52,039 nucleotides of DNA from Oscillospiraceae bacterium (GCA_015063765.1 SVTN01000001.1:1-52039); one strand, 5' to 3'. Numbered from the stretch's first letter, positions 27,596 through 35,700 are shown. Made by a program: numbers and translations. Notes: generated by a model from the letters alone, not told the origin.

Positions 27596-29059
27596 TTAAA
27601 ATAGTTTCGTTTTTTTGGGTCGATATGCACTGCAGGACAATGAATTAAGCATAGTATCCATATTGCATTTGTTGTGGTTTTCACAATTGAGGCATTTTTC
27701 TCGCGCCTGTTCTTGACGGCGCCATTCCATTCGTTCTTCTTCAAGTCGTTTGCTGATATCCGCCATTCGTCTTTCATCTTCCTTTTTCTTCTCTTCCTGT
27801 TCCTTTTTCCACTTTTCTGTTTGCATTTTTCCTTCTTCGATGGTGCGCTGCAAACTCTCTGTGTACGCGGCTTCCTCTGCAGCGTGTTTGGCGGCGTATT
27901 CCGCTTCAATCTGTTCGTTTCTTTTCTTTCTCTTTTGCAGCCTATCATTTAGAGCGTGCAGAGCTTCTTCTGTGTTCCCACATGTAATCGTTCGCTCGCG
28001 CATAAAAAAGATATCTCTATAATCGGGTTCAATATTTTTAGGCAGAGCAAGTTCCTCGCGTAGCGTTTCGTAATTTTGGACAACGGTGTCACGCTTTTCT
28101 ATGTATGGCTTCAGCACCATGGCAAGCTCTTCCTCAAGCATCGCCGCGGCGGCTTTTGCTTCTTTCCGCAGTTTTTTGCATGCCGCTGCTTTAGCGTCCT
28201 TTATTTCTTGCACTTTTTCCTTGTGCTCTTTTATCGCTTTCTCATATGCGCTTAAAAGAAGGGGATATTCGTTTTGATTAAAGCGTACATTTTCTTTGTT
28301 GATCTTCCTTACGGGAGAAATTTGCCAAATGTCTTTCGTGAGGGTTGCTTTTAAGGCGGGAAAGCCTTCCCTTTTGAGGACGAAAAGGGTGATGAGAGAG
28401 GAGAGAAGCAATAGAGCACTTATCACGAAACCAAATGCAGAGGGCTCTTCATCCTTAAGAAGGACATTAAGCATCTCTCTTCTTACATAGTTAGCGGTTG
28501 AATGCTCATAGATAGCCCCTTGCGCTTTGTCAAAAGCTCCTTCCGTATCAAGCGCAACGACTTCAGTCCAGTGGAGAGATACCCCCGCTTTTTTAAATTC
28601 CTTGCGGACGGGCTCCCAGTCCGCTTCGGTCATTTTGCTAAAGTCGTTTTTGGAGATCAATATGTCGCACCACGCGACGTATGCTTCTCCATAATCTTCC
28701 CGTAGCGATTCGATGCGTGCGCTTTTCACCTGTGAGGAAATGCATATCACAAGGAAAAGGATGCTCAAAAGCAGAGCAACCGCAAACTGAAGTCCTGCCT
28801 TGGTTGCAGATGGAAAGAGAGGCTTTTTCTCCCTCTTCGCAGGTGGCGTTGGCATTTTTTCATCGAGGGACTTTAGTTGGTCATCATATTCTTTTTCTTT
28901 TTTGTAAAGTTTTTTGTTTTCGTTTGACGTTAGTGTGCGCCGCTTCTCGTCTTGTTCCTTGCAGAGCGTACGAATAGCTTCCTTTGCGGCGAAGCATTCT
29001 CTATAACGCGATTCCAATTCGTCCAGCTTTGCTACGTATTCTTCAACTTCTTTTGTCAT
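27596..29059 (-). CDS. hypothetical coiled-coil membrane protein with Cys-rich C-terminal tail
   Basis: 487 aa. Charged heptad-like N- and C-terminal regions. Two hydrophobic segments (LQFAVALLLSILFLVICI, FGFVISALLLLSSLITLFVL). C-terminus CLNCENHNKCN...SCS. I recognise no family. Confidence 0.7.
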   Translation of the reverse strand: MTKEVEEYVAKLDELESRYRECFAAKEAIRTLCKEQDEKRRTLTSNENKKLYKKEKEYDDQLKSLDEKMPTPPAKREKKPLFPSATKAGLQFAVALLLSILFLVICISSQVKSARIESLREDYGEAYVAWCDILISKNDFSKMTEADWEPVRKEFKKAGVSLHWTEVVALDTEGAFDKAQGAIYEHSTANYVRREMLNVLLKDEEPSAFGFVISALLLLSSLITLFVLKREGFPALKATLTKDIWQISPVRKINKENVRFNQNEYPLLLSAYEKAIKEHKEKVQEIKDAKAAACKKLRKEAKAAAAMLEEELAMVLKPYIEKRDTVVQNYETLREELALPKNIEPDYRDIFFMRERTITCGNTEEALHALNDRLQKRKKRNEQIEAEYAAKHAAEEAAYTESLQRTIEEGKMQTEKWKKEQEEKKKEDERRMADISKRLEEERMEWRRQEQAREKCLNCENHNKCNMDTMLNSLSCSAYRPKKTKLF

Positions 29060-29120
29060 TTCTGCCTCCTAAAGGTAAATTTGTTTTGTACAAATAAAAC
29101 GCTTGGATATTGATTATTAT

Positions 29121-29160
29121 ACTCAGGTTTTGAGTGTTTGTCAATACTCAATTTATGAGT
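29121..29160. promoter_or_regulatory. two ACTCA-N5-TGAGT palindromes, candidate XRE operators
   Basis: actcaggttttgagt (29121-29135) and actcaatttatgagt (29146-29160), in the divergent intergenic region between the 487-aa gene and the XRE gene. Confidence 0.45.
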
Positions 29161-29208
29161 GTGCTAAACTTTTTACATACTATAAATTGTGTTTGTAAGG
29201 AGTTTAAA

Positions 29209-29412
29209 ATGAATTACCGAACAAGAATGAGAAATCTGCGGCAAGACAGAGATTTTACTCAAAAAGAGATAGGAAGGCTTATTAACAAATCGCAGCAGGG
29301 GTATAGTCATATTGAAGATGGGAGAGCAGAATTAAAAATAGACGATCTCATTACGCTTTGCAAATTTTACGGTGTCAGCGCCGATTATTTTATAGGATTG
29401 ACGGATAAATAA
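29209..29412 (+). CDS. XRE family helix-turn-helix transcriptional regulator (67 aa)
   Basis: LRQDRDFTQKEIGRLINKSQQGYSHIEDGRAELKIDDLITLCKFYGVSADYFIGL is a canonical HTH_3. TAAGGAG SD precedes ATG 29209. Confidence 0.8.
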   Translation: MNYRTRMRNLRQDRDFTQKEIGRLINKSQQGYSHIEDGRAELKIDDLITLCKFYGVSADYFIGLTDK

Positions 29413-29596
29413 AAAGTCATTCCAGAGTGAAACGTCTACTTGTGCGGAGCGCAACTTCATTGACGCGAAGCATCACTTCATTTACGGAAAAGCTGTAATT
29501 CCATTTGTGTCCGCAAGCGGACAATGATGTTGACCTTTGGTCAAATGATGTTGCGCGCGATTCACGCAAATGAAGATGTTTCCTTCGGACACAAAT

Positions 29597-29628
29597 AAAA
29601 AATCCAAGCCAATCGGCTTGGATTTTTT
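29597..29628. terminator. bidirectional hairpin terminator flanking repeat copy A
   Basis: AAAAAATCCAAGCC-AATC-GGCTTGGATTTTTT. Confidence 0.7.
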
Positions 29629-29629
29629 G

Positions 29630-29778
29630 GAGCTGCTACCCAGAGGCTGCCCTACGGGCAAGAAATCGAACCGGATTCGGCGAAGCCGTGTCGAGAAGTC
29701 AGCAACAAACAGAGCACAACCTGACAAAAGTGGGATGCAAGGCAAAACTTCGCCGAGCGCAGCTCGAATCGGGTAACA
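29630..29778 (-). repeat. 149-bp repeat unit, copy A (ends mimic the tRNA-Thr 3' end)
   Basis: Identical to 30094-30242 at every position compared. The minus-strand 3' end TCTGGGTAGCAGCTC equals the tRNA-Thr T-stem and acceptor 3' strands. Confidence 0.85.
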
Positions 29779-29781
29779 CAA

Positions 29782-29808
29782 AGCCAAGCATAACCTGAAT
29801 TCAATCCG
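29782..29808. repeat. 27-bp inverted repeat, left arm
   Basis: agccaagcataacctgaattcaatccg. Its reverse complement occurs at 30030-30056 with one mismatch. Confidence 0.85.
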
Positions 29809-30029
29809 TTTTAAGGGGCGGATTTCGTGATATGCTTCGCTTTCAATTCTTGTGATATGCTATATAACTGCGAATTTCAAGCATCGCCTCTCGCAAAATC
29901 CGCACCCTTAAAATTCTTCGAACTTAAAAGCACGAAAAATGGAGTGATTTTTTTGTGATGCGAGCGAAGGAAAGTAAGGACTTTTCAAGCGAGAAGCGCG
30001 AAAAAAGCGCCGATTTTTCGGCTTTTAAG

Positions 30030-30056
30030 CGGATTGAATTTAGGTTATGCTTGGCT
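30030..30056. repeat. 27-bp inverted repeat, right arm
   Basis: cggattgaatttaggttatgcttggct. Pairs with 29782-29808 and encloses a 221-bp AT-rich segment. Confidence 0.85.
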
Positions 30057-30090
30057 AAAACAAAGAAGCACTCCCGAAGGAGTGCTTCTG
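30057..30090 (-). terminator. hairpin + U-run following repeat copy B (same sequence as the tRNA terminator)
   Basis: AGAAGCACTCC-CGAA-GGAGTGCTTCT. On the minus strand it is followed by TTGTTTT. Confidence 0.65.
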
Positions 30091-30093
30091 CCC

Positions 30094-30242
30094 GAGCTGC
30101 TACCCAGAGGCTGCCCTACGGGCAAGAAATCGAACCGGATTCGGCGAAGCCGTGTCGAGAAGTCAGCAACAAACAGAGCACAACCTGACAAAAGTGGGAT
30201 GCAAGGCAAAACTTCGCCGAGCGCAGCTCGAATCGGGTAACA
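30094..30242 (-). repeat. 149-bp repeat unit, copy B
   Basis: Identical to copy A. Flanked on both sides by the AGAAGCACTCC/GGAGTGCTTCT hairpin. Confidence 0.85.
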
Positions 30243-30246
30243 GCTC

Positions 30247-30281
30247 CAAAAACAAAGAAGCACTCCCGAAGGAGTGCTTCT
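30247..30281 (-). terminator. rho-independent terminator of tRNA-Thr
   Basis: AGAAGCACTCC-TTCG-GGAGTGCTTCT followed by TTGTTTTT on the minus strand, 2 nt after the CCA end. Confidence 0.8.
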
Positions 30282-30283
30282 GT

Positions 30284-30359
30284 TGGAGCTGCTACCCAGA
30301 TTCGAACTGGGGACCTCATCCTTACCAAGGATGTGCTCTACCAACTGAGCCATAGCAGC
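30284..30359 (-). tRNA. tRNA-Thr(GGU): tRNA-Thr (anticodon GGU), CCA encoded
   Basis: Minus strand GCTGCTA TG GCTC AGTTGGTA GAGC A CATCC TTGGTAA GGATG AGGTC CCCAG TTCGAAT CTGGG TAGCAGC T CCA. Full cloverleaf, 76 nt. Confidence 0.95.
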
Positions 30360-30372
30360 GTCAACAGAAAGG

Positions 30373-30401
30373 ATTATAGCAGAGATTTTTTGTTTTGTCA
30401 A
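30373..30401 (-). promoter_or_regulatory. sigma-A promoter for tRNA-Thr
   Basis: Minus strand TTGACA - 17 nt - TATAAT, 13 nt upstream of the mature tRNA 5' end. Confidence 0.7.
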
Positions 30402-30444
30402 GCCTTTATATCAAAAAAAACAAAAATTTTTTCAAAAGTTTGCA

Positions 30445-31347
30445 TCACGGCGAAAAGACCGTCAGGGCAAGCCCCAAAAGCGAGAAGAGAAGGGCGTAGA
30501 CGGTACATAGCGCGAGAATGGCACCGTGCGAATATCCTCTTTCTGCAAGACGGTGATGCAAATGCGTGCGGTCGGCGCGGAAGGGATTTTTGCCGTGAAG
30601 CAGTCGCAGAGTGAAAACACGGAAGAGGTCAAACAACGGAAGGGCGAAGAGGAGCGGCGTGGCAAGCGAGAAGGTAGGTGTTTCTAAAGAAAAGACGGCA
30701 AGGGAATAGCCGAGAAAAAGCGCGCCCGTATCGCCGAGAAAGGAGCGTGTGATACGCTTTTTTAGGGGGAGATTGTAGGGCAAAAAGCCGATGATCGCAC
30801 CGAAAAGAATCAAAGCGGCGGGATTGCCGCCTGTAAGAAAAAGAGAAAGCAAGCTCACAGAAGCGAGCGTAGCACAAAGTCCGTCCGCACCGTCAATCAG
30901 ATTGAAGGCGTTGACGAGCAGCAAGACCCAAAGGAGAGAAAAAATGTTGTCAAACGGATGGGAAAGCGAGAAGCGAAGGCTGCCAAGCGTGAAGACCTCG
31001 GGAGCAAGACCGAAGGCGGCAGGGAGCGCACACACGGCAAGGAGGGCAGAAAGCTTGACAAGCGGCGAGAGGGGATACAGATCATCGGTCACTCCAAGTG
31101 CCGCAACAAGCGCGCCTCCCGTCAGCCACACCGACGAAGCGGTGCTTTGCGCTATAAAAAGCGAAAGAGGAAGTGCCGTCAAAAGCAAGGCAAGTCCGCC
31201 AAGTCTTGGGGTGGGGCGCGGATGCAAATGCCGTCCTCCGTCGGGATGGTCAACAGCACCGAGCAGTCGGGCGTAACGGATGGAAAGTGGGGCAAGAAGG
31301 GCGCTTAAGAGTGCCCCCGCAAGCAAAAGAAAAACCGAATACTGCAT
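30445..31347 (-). CDS. glycosyltransferase family 4, MraY/WecA-like polyprenyl-phosphate sugar-1-phosphate transferase
   Basis: Multi-TM, with the NAFNLIDGADGL and FLGDTGALFLGY motifs. GGAG SD precedes ATG 31347. Confidence 0.85.
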   Translation of the reverse strand: MQYSVFLLLAGALLSALLAPLSIRYARLLGAVDHPDGGRHLHPRPTPRLGGLALLLTALPLSLFIAQSTASSVWLTGGALVAALGVTDDLYPLSPLVKLSALLAVCALPAAFGLAPEVFTLGSLRFSLSHPFDNIFSLLWVLLLVNAFNLIDGADGLCATLASVSLLSLFLTGGNPAALILFGAIIGFLPYNLPLKKRITRSFLGDTGALFLGYSLAVFSLETPTFSLATPLLFALPLFDLFRVFTLRLLHGKNPFRADRTHLHHRLAERGYSHGAILALCTVYALLFSLLGLALTVFSP

Positions 31348-31462
31348 GCAAATCTCCTTCTTTATGTAAAGAAATGTTTGCAATATGCAGTATTCGGTTT
31401 TGACCTCCCTCGCTGAGGGAGGGGGAGCGCCGCTTGGCGGTGGAAGGAGTGCTTATGCTTTG

Positions 31463-32461
31463 TTATACCACAAAGCCGATCTTCTTCTTGACCTTGGAAA
31501 GCGTCTTTCTTGCGCAGTAGTTTGCTTCCTCCGCGCCCTTCTTCATGACCTCTTCGAGGTAAGCCTTATCTGCCATCAGACGGGCATATTCGCTTTGTAC
31601 GGGAGCAAGCGCGTCGGCGCATGCTTCGCCGCAGGCAAGCTTGAAGTCGCCGTAGCCGCGACCTGCAAATTCCTTTTCGATCTCGTCGTAGTCCTTGCCC
31701 GTAAAGCAACGGTAGATGGTCATGAGGTTGGAAACGCCCGGCTTCTCCTCGGGCGCATAGCGCACGACGGTATCCGAGTCGGTGACGGCGCTCTTAAACT
31801 TCTTCATGATGGCGTCCTTAGGGTCGAGAATGTACACGACGGCGTTTTGGTTGACGTCCGACTTCGACATCTTGGACTCGGGGTTTGCAAGCGACATGAT
31901 CTTCATGCCGGTGGGCGCAATGTATCCCTCGGGAACCACGAAGGTGGGGGAGTATGCTTGGTTGAAGCGTCCCGCGATATCTCTGGCAAGCTCAAGATGC
32001 TGCTTCTGGTCAACACCGACGGGAACGAGGTCGGTCTGATAAAGCAGAATATCCGATGCCATCAAAACGGGGTAGGTGAAAAGACCTGCGTTGATGTTGT
32101 CAGCGTGCTTGGCGCTCTTGTCCTTGAACTGCGTCATGCGCGAGAGCTCGCCGAACATGGTGTAGCAGTTAAGAAGCCAGGAAAGCTCGGCGTGCGCGGG
32201 CACGTGCGACTGCACGAAAAGGGTATTCTTTTCGGGGTCAAGACCGCAAGCGATGTAGAGTGCAAGCGTTTCATAGGTGCGGCGGCGCAGATCTGCGGGC
32301 ACCTGGCGCACCGTGATGGCGTGCAGGTCGACCACGCAATAAAAGCACTTATATTCCTCCGAAAAGGCGCTGAAGTTTTTGATCGCGCCGAGGTAGTTTC
32401 CAATCGTCAGGTTTCCCGAGGGCTGAACACCCGAGAAGACCACTTTTTTATCACCGAGCAT
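31463..32461 (-). CDS. trpS: tryptophan--tRNA ligase
   Basis: 332 aa. N-terminal GVQPSG..TIGNYLG (HIGH-type) and a KMSKS motif (SKMSKSD). Confidence 0.95.
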   Translation of the reverse strand: MLGDKKVVFSGVQPSGNLTIGNYLGAIKNFSAFSEEYKCFYCVVDLHAITVRQVPADLRRRTYETLALYIACGLDPEKNTLFVQSHVPAHAELSWLLNCYTMFGELSRMTQFKDKSAKHADNINAGLFTYPVLMASDILLYQTDLVPVGVDQKQHLELARDIAGRFNQAYSPTFVVPEGYIAPTGMKIMSLANPESKMSKSDVNQNAVVYILDPKDAIMKKFKSAVTDSDTVVRYAPEEKPGVSNLMTIYRCFTGKDYDEIEKEFAGRGYGDFKLACGEACADALAPVQSEYARLMADKAYLEEVMKKGAEEANYCARKTLSKVKKKIGFVV

Positions 32462-32540
32462 GGGTCGTCCTTTCTAGTATCCCTCGGCAACACGGGAATA
32501 TACCGCGCCGCCTCGGGCTGTTTTTCAAATTACTTAAATC

Positions 32541-32569
32541 ATTATAACCCATGCTTTCCCGTTTGTCAA
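32541..32569 (-). promoter_or_regulatory. sigma-A promoter for trpS
   Basis: Minus strand TTGACA - 17 nt - TATAAT. The leader to the ATG is about 80 nt. Confidence 0.65.
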
Positions 32570-32611
32570 TGAAAAAAAACGAGGATTTTACAAAAAAAAC
32601 GAAAAAATCCC

Positions 32612-32640
32612 TTTACTTTTTACTTTAAAAGTGCTACAAT
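32612..32640 (+). promoter_or_regulatory. promoter for nifJ (extended -10)
   Basis: TTTACT - 17 nt - TACAAT, with TGc immediately upstream of the -10. Confidence 0.5.
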
Positions 32641-32726
32641 AGTTTGGAGTGTGAAAAACTTAACGCTTTTCTTGCTCTTATATTCGGTTTCAAAAAATAA
32701 AAAAATAAATTTGGAGGAAACAAAAA

Positions 32727-35700
32727 ATGGAAAGAAAAAAGATTTCCATGGATGGTAACACCGCCGCGGCGCACGTGTCTTACGCGTTTACCGAGGTTGC
32801 TGCCATCTACCCCATCACGCCCTCGTCCAACATGGCTGAGGTCACAGACACTTGGTCTGCTTCCAACAAGAACATCTTTGGTGAGCCTGCGAAGAACATC
32901 TTTGGCACCAATGTAAAGGTTGTTGAGATGCAGTCTGAGGCAGGTGCTGCAGGTGCCGTTCACGGTTCTCTTGCTGCAGGAGCTCTGACCACCACCTACA
33001 CCGCTTCTCAGGGTCTTCTTCTGATGATCCCCAACATGTACAAGATCGCAGGTGAGCTTCTTCCTTGCGTCATCCACGTTTCCGCACGCTGCGTAGCTTC
33101 GCACGCGCTGAACATCTTTGGTGACCACTCCGACGTTTACGCTTGCCGTCAGACCGGTTTCGCAATGATGGCAGAGAGCAACGGTCAGGAGGTTATGGAC
33201 CTCGGCGCCGTTTCTCACCTCGCTACCATCAAGGGCCGCGTTCCCTTTATCAACTTCTTCGACGGCTTCCGTACCTCTCACGAGATCACCAAGGTTGCCG
33301 CTTGGGATTATAAGGATCTTGCAGAGATGGTTGACTGGGATGCCGTACAGGCCTTCCGTCAGAGATCTCTCAACCCCGAAACCAACCCCGTACTCCGCGG
33401 TTCCGCAGAGAACGGCGATATCTTCTTCCAGCACAGAGAAGCATGCAACTCCTACTACGATGCACTTCCCGCAATCGTTGAGGAATACATGGACAAGGTC
33501 AACGCAAAGCTCGGCACCGACTATAAGCTCTTCAACTACTACGGTGCTCCCGATGCTGACCGCGTGATCGTTGCTATGGGCTCTGTTTGCGACGTTGCTG
33601 AGGAGGTCGTTGACTACCTCATGGCACAGGGCGAGAAGGTCGGTCTTGTTAAGGTCCGTCTGTACAGACCCTTCGTTGCTGCAAAGCTTGCTGAAGCCAT
33701 CCCCGCTACCGCAAAGGTCATCTCCGTTCTTGACAGAACCAAGGAGCCCGGCTCTCTTGGCGAGCCCCTTTACCTCGACGTTATCGCTGCTCTTGACGAA
33801 GTCGGCAGAGACGGCGTGAAGGTTCTCGGCGGCAGATACGGTCTTGGCTCTAAGGATACCACGCCCGCGTCCATCTTCGCTGTTTATGAGAACATGGCTG
33901 GCGCAAAGAAGAACCACTTTACCATCGGTATCGTCGATGACGTGACCGGTCACTCTCTCGATGAGAAGGCAGCTCCCAACACCGCTCCCGTAGATATGAT
34001 CCAGTGCAAGTTCTGGGGTCTCGGCGGCGACGGTACTGTCGGTGCAAACAAGAACTCCATCAAGATCATCGGTGACCACACCGACAAGTTCATTCAGGCA
34101 TACTTCCAGTATGACTCCAAGAAGACCTCGGGTATCACCATCTCCCACCTGCGCTTCGGTGATTCGCCCATCAAGTCTTCCTACTATATCAACAAGGCAG
34201 ACTTTGTTGCTTGCCACAACCATGCATACCTCACCAAGTATGACATGATCTCCGACGTAAAGCCCGGCGGCAGATTCCTTCTCGACTGCCCTTGGACCGC
34301 TGAGGAGCTTGACGCACACCTTCCCGCATCCGTCAAGACCTATATCGCAAAGAACAACATTGAGTTCTACACCATCAACGCTACCAAGATCGCAATCGAT
34401 ATCGGTAACGCAAAGGTTAAGAACACCGTTCTTCAGTCCGCATTCTTCGCACTCGCAAAGATCCTTCCCATCGACGAAGCGATCGAGTATATGAAAAAGA
34501 TGGCTTACAAGTCCTATATCAAGAAGGGACAGGCGATCGTTGACCTCAACTATGCCGCAATCGATGCAGGTAAGGACGCTCTCGTTAAGGTAGACGTTCC
34601 CGCAGCTTGGGCAAACGCAGGCGAAACCGCTCCCGCAGCAAAGGCGACCGGCGAGCGCGCAGAGCTTGTTGACTTTGTCAATGAGGTTGTGAAGCCCGTT
34701 GTCGGCATGAGGGGTGACTCTCTCCCCGTTTCCGCATTCGAAAAGTATGTTGACGGTACCTTCCCGCAGGGTGCTGCCGCTTACGAGAAGCGCGGTGTTG
34801 CCGTATCCGTTCCTACCTGGATCCCCGAGAACTGTATCCAGTGTAACAACTGCGCCTTCGTATGTCCTCATGCAACCATCCGTCCCTTCGCTATGACCGA
34901 GGAGGAGGCTAAGGCTGCTCCCGCATCCACCAAGTTCTGCGAGAAGCCCGTTCTCAAGACCAACTACAAGTTCACCATGGCGATCTCGCCTATGGACTGT
35001 ATGGGTTGTACCCTTTGCGTCAAGGCTTGCCCTGTTTCCAACAACGCGCTGAAGAAGGCAAGCGAGCAGGTTGCTGCAGAGCATCCTGAGTACGATGCAA
35101 AGACTGCCGCTAAGGAAGCCGCTAAGATCGCAGCTCCCAAGCTCGCCATCAAGATGGTTCCTCAGGCAGGTGAAGTTGATCAGCAGGCAGCATTCGATTA
35201 TGCTGTTGCTAAGGTTTCCGAGAAGCCCGAGCTCATCAACGCTACCATCAAGGGCAGCCAGTTCAAGCAGCCTCTGCTTGAATTCTCCGGCTCTTGCGCA
35301 GGCTGTGCAGAAACCTCTTACGCACGTCTGATCACCCAGCTCTTCGGTGAGAGAATGTATATCTCCAACGCAACCGGATGCTCCTCGATCTGGGGTGGCT
35401 CCGCTCCTGCAACTCCTTACACCGTAAACGCTGCTTCCGGCCGCGGTCCCGCTTGGGCAAACTCCCTCTTCGAGGACAACGCTGAGCACGGTCTTGGTAT
35501 GTATCTCGGTCAGAAGACCATCCGCGAGAAGCTCATCGGCAAGGTTGAGGAAATGATGGCTTCCGACAAGGCATCTGATGAGTTCAAGGCTGCCGCACAG
35601 GCTTACCTTGACACCAAGGACAACGGTGCCGCAAACGAGAAGGCAACCAAGGCACTCGTTGCAGAGCTTGAAAAGGCTGCAAAAGAGGGCTGCCCTGTAG

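Larger units (their letters stand above)
27553..30283. other. AT-rich accessory islet abutting the 3' end of tRNA-Thr (no recombinase present)
   Basis: Clear drop in GC by eye; several 60-nt lines are about 30-35% GC against a GC-rich background. Contains an XRE regulator, an orphan membrane protein and repeated tRNA 3'-end fragments. Confidence 0.5.

Noticed and set aside
29570-30240. Two 68-aa plus-strand ORFs (29570..29776 and 30034..30240) with identical C-terminal 48 residues.
   Set aside because: The identity simply reflects the 149-bp DNA repeat. The N-termini lie in terminator hairpins, there is no SD, and the composition is extremely basic and low-complexity. I treat them as non-coding.
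29630-30242. Possibility that the duplicated 149-bp units are a DGR template/variable repeat pair, a CRISPR-like array, or a tmRNA or tRNA pseudogene.
   Set aside because: The copies are identical (no adenine-specific differences) and no reverse transcriptase is present. There are only two copies, with a 315-bp non-repetitive spacer and no cas genes. There is no tRNA cloverleaf (the T-stem 5' strand, T-loop and D-arm are absent) and no tmRNA-like 5' GGGG or tag reading frame.
27553-30283. Calling the AT-rich islet an intact integrative or mobile element or a prophage remnant.
   Set aside because: No integrase, excisionase, transposase, relaxase or phage structural gene lies in or near it. 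The only evidence is composition, tRNA adjacency and tRNA-end repeats, so it is reported as an islet of uncertain origin rather than a mobile_element.
32462-32545. T-box leader upstream of trpS.
   Set aside because: The distance from the predicted -10 to the ATG is only about 80 nt. I found no specifier-loop/AGAGA, T-box (AATTAGGGTGGTACCGCG-like) or terminator/antiterminator elements.
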